A stretch of DNA of 64,000 nucleotides. Origin: a virus. The DNA is taken from positions 82,269-146,268 of the IMG/VR virus record IMGVR_UViG_3300036831_000148; one strand, written 5' to 3'. The position numbers and the translations under genes were made by a program. The stretch's first letter is position 1, and every line of letters begins with the position of its first letter. The notes below the pieces were generated by a model, which searched no databases, had not been told where the DNA came from, and was given only the letters and a program-made list of their open reading frames with translations. Positions 58,800-64,000 of the stretch are shown one piece after another.

Positions 58800-59102
58800 T
58801 GCAATCACCCCGGGAGGCCGTTCGGCCCGGCAGGGGGCCGCTCAGGCCCAGGATATCCTGCGGGAAACGGGGCTGCGCGGCGCAGATCCTGCGGCCCGCA
58901 CAGCCTCCCTGCCGGGTCAGGGAGAGCCTCAGTGGCTCAGCGCCAGCCAGAGGCCGTGTTCGGCCCTCACAGGGCCTCACGCAGGCCCTGTGAGGCCCTG
59001 TGAGGGCGCCTGGTGCCCCCCTGAGTGTGCGTGTCAGCGTCACATTGTTACTCTCTGTGTTTGGCCTTCGGCATTTTTCTACGGATTTGTAGATTTTCCG
59101 GG

Positions 59103-59793
59103 TTAGCCGGAGCCTGGCGGGGTCCTGACGCCGTCAAACGGGCGCCGCGGCCTCCACTCCCGCCCGCAGTTGCCGCACCCGATCCGGGTAAGCCGGGGCT
59201 GGACCTCCCCGGGGGAGAAGTAACCGCGCCCGGCTGCCTCCAGGTGCCCCTGCCCGTTGACGAACAGCCCCTCGTCGCCGTACTCCGCGTGCTCGTGCCT
59301 TGTCTCGCGCAGCACCAGGTCAGCGGACCCGCAGTGCGGGCAGGTAAGGCGGCGGGGGGGCTTAGCCACCGCTACGCTTCCTCGTGCGGGATGCCGAGCA
59401 GGTCCAGGGCCTGCCGCAGCAGGTCGTACGGGTGCATGCGGAACACCTCTACGCCGTCGTCCCCGTCCGTGTAGAGGAACGCCTCGTCGTTGTCCAGGGT
59501 CATGGTGCCGGACACCTCGCCGGAGTCCACGGCCTGCTTCAGGTCCGCCAGGGTCTGGTACATCAGCCTTCCTCCCTCTCCCCCAGCGCCCACTTGGGCT
59601 CGGGGTGCATCGCCACCTTGCGGACCAGGCGGGTGTCCTCCAGGTCCTGCATGACCGCTATTACGCGCGACGGGGTGTTCACCAGGACCTGGACGGCCCG
59701 GTCGGCCCGGATCTGGGAGAGGGTGACGTAGCCGCCGCCTTCTCCCAGCCTGGTCATCACCGCCATCATCGCGGCGGGCGCCGCCTGCCGCAC
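59103..59793 (-). CDS. three small ORFs downstream of the TraB-like gene (59103-59369 Zn-ribbon, 59372-59563, 59563-59793)
   Basis: CPHC/CGNC motifs; coupled frames. Confidence 0.6.
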
Positions 59794-61814
59794 TACGCCT
59801 CCCCGGTCTCGCGCTGGCGCCGCGGCGGGACGATCCGCCACAGCCTCCGGTTGCCCTCCACCGGGACGGTACGGCCGAACGCCTCCATCCCCTCCAGCGC
59901 CTTGTACAGCCACGGGCGGGAGCGGCCGATGGCGGCGAACTCTGGCCTGGTCATGATCTCCGGCGCGCCGGCGACCTCGGTGCCCTCGGCGTACATCTTC
60001 ATCAGCAGCGACCACAGCGCCGCCTCCGCGCCGACCGCGGCGGTGTCCTGCGGGTAGGCGGCCCTGGCCGGCCGGGGGCTCGCCCACGGGCCGGCCACCA
60101 CCGTGCCGTCGTCCTCCGGCGGGGCGGCCGGCCGGGGGCGGGGCTGCTGCCCGGAGCCGGGCACCTGGCCGCCGTAGCCGGAGGCGGAGCTGGCCGGCCG
60201 GCCGGGGACGTTGGCGAGCGCCTCGGCGGACACGTCGTCCAGCGGGCGCTGCTCAGCCGGCCACTGCGCGGCGTAGTCGGCCATCAGCCGGCCGTCCGGG
60301 CCCCAGTAGAAGAACCGCAGCGGCACGCTGAAGGTGTTCTCCTCCATCCCCGGGTGGTCGGCGTAGGCGGTGCCCGGCTGGCCGTCCTGCCACAGGGTGG
60401 GCCGGCAGCCGGCCTTCGCCTGCCGCTCCGACAGCGCGGGGGCCACGTCGTTGGCGTCCACCAGCCCGAAGGTGAGCGGGTAGAACGACCCGCGCCCGTC
60501 GGTGGGGAAGCTGGTGTGCTTGCCGCTCTGGTTGGAGGTGTTCCAGGACATGCCCGCCGAGCGGGCGGCGCGCACGTTGGTCAGCCAGGTGGCGATGTCG
60601 AACGCCCGGCCGCCCGGCCCCTTCGCCTCCGCCTTCAGCAGCGCCAGGATCTCCCCGAGCTCCTCCATCGAGATGTCGAAGTAGGACAGCCCGCAGTCCT
60701 CGCTCCACTCGGTGATGTGGTGCCCGGCCATCCAGTCCATCCGGGCCACCCGGACCCGCTCCAGGCCCGCCATCAGGGACAGCGCGCCGTCCGGGTCCAC
60801 CGCCGCGCCGTGCAGCGCGGCCTTCATCGGGCCCAGGAACTGCCAGCGCTTGGTCAGGTCCACCGCGAACGCGGCGTAGCCCTGGCGGGTAACGCCCTCG
60901 GCGAGCCGGTTGTACAGGTAGCTCATGGTCTTGCCGGAGCCGGTCATCCCGGTGGTCCGGGTGTGCCGGACCGGCACCATCCGCATCGTGAACCAGGCGC
61001 CGTCCTGGCGCACCGCCAGCCGGAACGGCGCGCTCATGGTGGCGCCCGGCGCCGACGGGCCCGGCCAGGGGAACGACTCCACCAGCGCGTCCGGGTCGGT
61101 GAGCTGGAAGTCGGCCACCGACCCGTCCCGCGCGTTGGGCACCAGCGACGCCGCGCCCGGCGGCCAGTGGTGCGCGCCCTCCAGCGCGGCGGCCCGCTGG
61201 GCGGCCTCGTCGGGGGTCACCTCGCCGGGCGGCAGGTGCACGGTGCCGGTGATGCGCCGCCCCGGGCGGGCGGGCCGGGCGGCGCCGGGCGCCGGCTTGC
61301 CGCCCGCCACCTCGCGCGGCCTGCGGCCGGCCACGAGCTGCGCCTGGCCCAGGCCGGACTTCTCCGCGTTGGCGGCGAAGCCGATGGTCAGGTCGTGGCT
61401 GGCCGCGTGGTGCAGCCAGGCGTCCCAGGTCATGCAGCCCGCCAGCCCGCCGAACGCCCACACCAGCACCAGCGGCACGCTGTAGCCGGCGAGCAGGAAC
61501 GTGGCGGTCATCGCCGTGCCCGCGCCGATGGAGACCGGGCCGATGTTGCGGCCCATCAGGGTCATCCGGTGGCGGCGCAGGTGCCGGTCCAGGCCCGCCG
61601 TGCCGATGCCGGCGAGCAGCACCAGCGCGGCGGTCAGCCCGATGTACTGGCCGTGGTCGATCACCTTGCCCAGCGCGATGTACAGGGCGTTGCCCATGAT
61701 GGTGATGGCGGCGAAGATCGCCCACGGCACGCCGAAGTAGACCAGGCGGGTCAGCAGGTCCGCGCGCGCGTGGCCCGCCTGGGTGGTGATCCGGACCGGC
61801 TTGTCGCTAGGCAA
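59793..61814 (-). CDS. TraB-like FtsK/SpoIIIE conjugative DNA translocase
   Basis: N-terminal TM helices, DP..L...PWPGPS, Walker A TGMTGSGKT, C-terminal winged-helix-like region; Streptomyces plasmid Tra architecture. Confidence 0.8.
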   Translation of the reverse strand: MPSDKPVRITTQAGHARADLLTRLVYFGVPWAIFAAITIMGNALYIALGKVIDHGQYIGLTAALVLLAGIGTAGLDRHLRRHRMTLMGRNIGPVSIGAGTAMTATFLLAGYSVPLVLVWAFGGLAGCMTWDAWLHHAASHDLTIGFAANAEKSGLGQAQLVAGRRPREVAGGKPAPGAARPARPGRRITGTVHLPPGEVTPDEAAQRAAALEGAHHWPPGAASLVPNARDGSVADFQLTDPDALVESFPWPGPSAPGATMSAPFRLAVRQDGAWFTMRMVPVRHTRTTGMTGSGKTMSYLYNRLAEGVTRQGYAAFAVDLTKRWQFLGPMKAALHGAAVDPDGALSLMAGLERVRVARMDWMAGHHITEWSEDCGLSYFDISMEELGEILALLKAEAKGPGGRAFDIATWLTNVRAARSAGMSWNTSNQSGKHTSFPTDGRGSFYPLTFGLVDANDVAPALSERQAKAGCRPTLWQDGQPGTAYADHPGMEENTFSVPLRFFYWGPDGRLMADYAAQWPAEQRPLDDVSAEALANVPGRPASSASGYGGQVPGSGQQPRPRPAAPPEDDGTVVAGPWASPRPARAAYPQDTAAVGAEAALWSLLMKMYAEGTEVAGAPEIMTRPEFAAIGRSRPWLYKALEGMEAFGRTVPVEGNRRLWRIVPPRRQRETGEA

Positions 61815-62736
61815 CGTCCTCGCCTGCTTCCTCTTCCGCTCCCAGCGTGCCGCTGGCGAGCCGGGACTTGAGCTGGCCGGCCTTGTACCGGCTGACCTCG
61901 TACTTCTTGGCGATCTCGTTCTGGCTGAGGGACGCCACCGCCTCGCGCAGCTCCGCCGGGTCCTCCGGCAGCGGCAGCCGGGCGGCAGCCGGGGCGGAGG
62001 GCACCGCGCGCGGCCGGGACTGAACCGGCCCCATCACCGGCACCGGCAGCGGGAACCGGGAGACGGCGGGAGCCGGCTCAGGCCGGGGAAGGCCCGCGAG
62101 GCTCACCAGGCCCCACGGGGCCCCCGCCGGGGCCGGGCCGATGCCCAGCGCCCGGGACAGGTCACGGCAGGCCGTGACCTGCGGCTCCGGCCCGGGTGCG
62201 GCGGGCTCAGGTGCCTGCAGGGAAAGCTCGGGGAGCTGCGCCAGCAGCGTGGCGACCGCCCCGGAGGTCCGGGCCGCCACCGGGTAAGCCAGCTGGCGGG
62301 GCCGGCGGAGGACGGTGCCCTTCGCCTGCGAGCGGCGGTACCGCAGCCACATCTCGAACAGGAACGTGGAGCAGGCGAACGCCTGGGCCGGGACCGTGGA
62401 CCAGCCCGCGGCGAGCAGCCCGTGCACGATGCCGGACTCCCAGTTGGCGAACAGGGACTCCAGCAGGCCGGGCGCGAAGCCGATCAGGCCCAGCCACCGG
62501 CGGTTGTCCTTGACCTCCATCAGGATGACCGAGCCGATGGCGATCTGGCCGTCCACCGCCAGCGGCATCAGGTGCGCGGTCTTCCAGGAGCCGTGCAGGA
62601 TGATGGTCAGCGCGCTGATGTGGGTGTAGGAGATGAACCCGGTGGCCGAGGCGACCACCGCCAGGGACACGCCGACCACCAGGGCGGACGCGCGCTCGCG
62701 CAGCCCTGTAATCACAGAACCGACCGACGCCGTCAT
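61807..62736 (-). CDS. DUF2637/Spd-like membrane protein with C-terminal HTH
   Basis: ISYTHISAL...LMPLAVDG pattern; SQNEIAKKYEVSRYKA HTH. Confidence 0.75.
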   Translation of the reverse strand: MTASVGSVITGLRERASALVVGVSLAVVASATGFISYTHISALTIILHGSWKTAHLMPLAVDGQIAIGSVILMEVKDNRRWLGLIGFAPGLLESLFANWESGIVHGLLAAGWSTVPAQAFACSTFLFEMWLRYRRSQAKGTVLRRPRQLAYPVAARTSGAVATLLAQLPELSLQAPEPAAPGPEPQVTACRDLSRALGIGPAPAGAPWGLVSLAGLPRPEPAPAVSRFPLPVPVMGPVQSRPRAVPSAPAAARLPLPEDPAELREAVASLSQNEIAKKYEVSRYKAGQLKSRLASGTLGAEEEAGEDVA

Positions 62737-63017
62737 GCCGCCGCCTCCCCGTCGCCGGTCAGGCCGCGGTCGGCGAACCACTGGCGGCCGATCACCGCGA
62801 CGTCGGCGGCCTTCCTCGGCCGCACCGCGCCCATCACCGCGTCCACCCAGGACTCGAAGGTCATGTTCAGCCCCGGCGTGCGGACCTGCGGCATGAACCC
62901 GGCCGCGTGCCAGTCGTCCAGGACGTCGCCGGACACGCCGAGCACGCGGGAGGCCAGCGTGCAGCGGATCAGCTTGTCCTTGCGCCGCAGGGCGGTTGCC
63001 CCGGCAGTCTCGGCCAT
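62733..63017 (-). CDS. Xis/MerR-like HTH protein
   Basis: ASRVLGVSGDVLDDWHAAG..P..RTPG. Confidence 0.6.
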   Translation of the reverse strand: MAETAGATALRRKDKLIRCTLASRVLGVSGDVLDDWHAAGFMPQVRTPGLNMTFESWVDAVMGAVRPRKAADVAVIGRQWFADRGLTGDGEAAA

Positions 63018-63165
63018 CTCCTCACGCTCCCGTTGTCTCCGGCGGAATCACCTCGTTCCGCTCACTGTACGGTGAACGGTACAGGTACGCAATATGTTCC
63101 CCTGAGCCGGGCCTTTACCGAAGTAAAATCGGAGCGTACCCGTACCGACCGAATAACAGGAGGCC

Positions 63166-63915
63166 ATGGTGCCACTAGCCCAGCGGCAGCAGCCGCTCTG
63201 GCAGCAGATCGTCACCTACTTCCGGCAGCGGATCGCCAGCGGGGAACTGCCCCAGGGCGCCGTGCTGCCGTCCGTCCGGGCCATCGCCGCCGAGTGGGGC
63301 GTGTCCCCGCACGTCGCCCAGCAGGCGGTCAGCCACCTGCACCTGGCCGAGAGGCTCGTGCGGACCGACGCCACCGGCACCTACGTGGACGCGCCGCGGG
63401 CGACCGTCTCCCCCCAGCAGCGGATGCGGCTGACCGCCGACCCGGCCTCGCTGCGGGTCAGCGTCACCTCCGCCGGGCTGGTCGACGCGCCGGCCTACGT
63501 CGTGCCGATGCTCGGCCTGCCCGAGCACGGGGCTACCGTCATCCGCCGCGAGGAGGTCACCCGGCTGGCCGACGGCACCGCGCACATGCTCAGCGTCACC
63601 TGGGTCTCGCCGCGGTACTTCACGCTGGTGCCGGAGCTGACCCGGGAGGAGCCGCTGCCCGACCCCCGCGGCGCCGCCTACATGGTCGCCGAGCGGCTCG
63701 GCATCGACCCGGGCACCCTCACCGGGGGCATCGCGTTCGAGTGCCGGCCCGCCAAAGACGACAGCCGCGAGCGGCCGGCGCTGGACCTGGGCGACGCCGA
63801 GCCGGCGTACGTGCTAGCCGGGGTGAACGGCTGGCGGCACGGGGACGACCTACTCGCCTACACCGAGTTCATCCTGCCGCCCGGCCAGGTGGTGGAGGCC
63901 GACATCGAGCCGTAA
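63166..63915 (+). CDS. GntR (HutC/UTRA) regulator, KorSA/TraR-like
   Basis: PLWQQI...IASGELPQGAVLPSVRAIAAEWGVS plus UTRA-like C-terminus; divergent from the transfer operon. Confidence 0.9.
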   Translation: MVPLAQRQQPLWQQIVTYFRQRIASGELPQGAVLPSVRAIAAEWGVSPHVAQQAVSHLHLAERLVRTDATGTYVDAPRATVSPQQRMRLTADPASLRVSVTSAGLVDAPAYVVPMLGLPEHGATVIRREEVTRLADGTAHMLSVTWVSPRYFTLVPELTREEPLPDPRGAAYMVAERLGIDPGTLTGGIAFECRPAKDDSRERPALDLGDAEPAYVLAGVNGWRHGDDLLAYTEFILPPGQVVEADIEP

Positions 63916-63941
63916 GCTGGCAGTGCCTCGTCTTGGGGACG

Positions 63942-63979
63942 AAGAGAGCCCGCGCCTCCTAGGAGGCGCGGGCTCTTTT
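63942..63979 (+). terminator. intrinsic terminator
   Basis: agagcccgcgcctcc-ta-ggaggcgcgggctct followed by a T-rich run. Confidence 0.8.
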
Positions 63980-64000
63980 ATTCTTCCCCGGGACGGGTTA

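Noticed and set aside
1163-63075. Long plus-strand ORFs (e.g. 1163-3532, 16000-17673, 19758-22169, 60354-61871)
   Set aside because: Antisense shadows of real minus-strand genes in high-GC DNA; no motifs

Overview
High-GC (actinobacterial) mobile DNA that looks like the non-structural part of a large phage or phage-plasmid; no capsid, tail, terminase or integrase gene was recognised in this window, and almost all genes are on the minus strand. 0-22 kb is a replication and transcription module: family-A DNA polymerase, clamp-loader delta and delta-prime-like genes, DnaB helicase, primase Zn-finger, a split C5 DNA methyltransferase, a WhiG/FliA-like sigma, a SNF2 helicase, a VIT1 protein and a VirD4-like coupling protein. 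22-58 kb is an array of small-gene cassettes. Most start with the same 16-bp palindrome CTTGAC-N4-GTCAAG (about 35 copies, overlapping the -35 box), and many carry an unusual conserved 5' leader (CAGGCAACC...CG[A/G][A/G][A/G]GGCAGGCA-N-start). 58-64 kb is a Streptomyces-plasmid-type transfer module (TraB-like FtsK, DUF2637/Spd-like, Xis-like HTH, divergent GntR). Main finding: an approximately 810-nt ORF-free, promoter- and terminator-bounded, hairpin-rich RNA candidate (44697-45506, minus). Its 3' terminator hairpin displays a 22-nt loop complementary to the leader of about 24 cassette genes, and most leader variation is A/G opposite the loop's UUU (wobble-compatible). This suggests a long ncRNA that globally targets, or recruits ribosomes to, a whole class of element mRNAs. 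Counts and alignments were done by eye; family calls are from motif recognition, not database searches.
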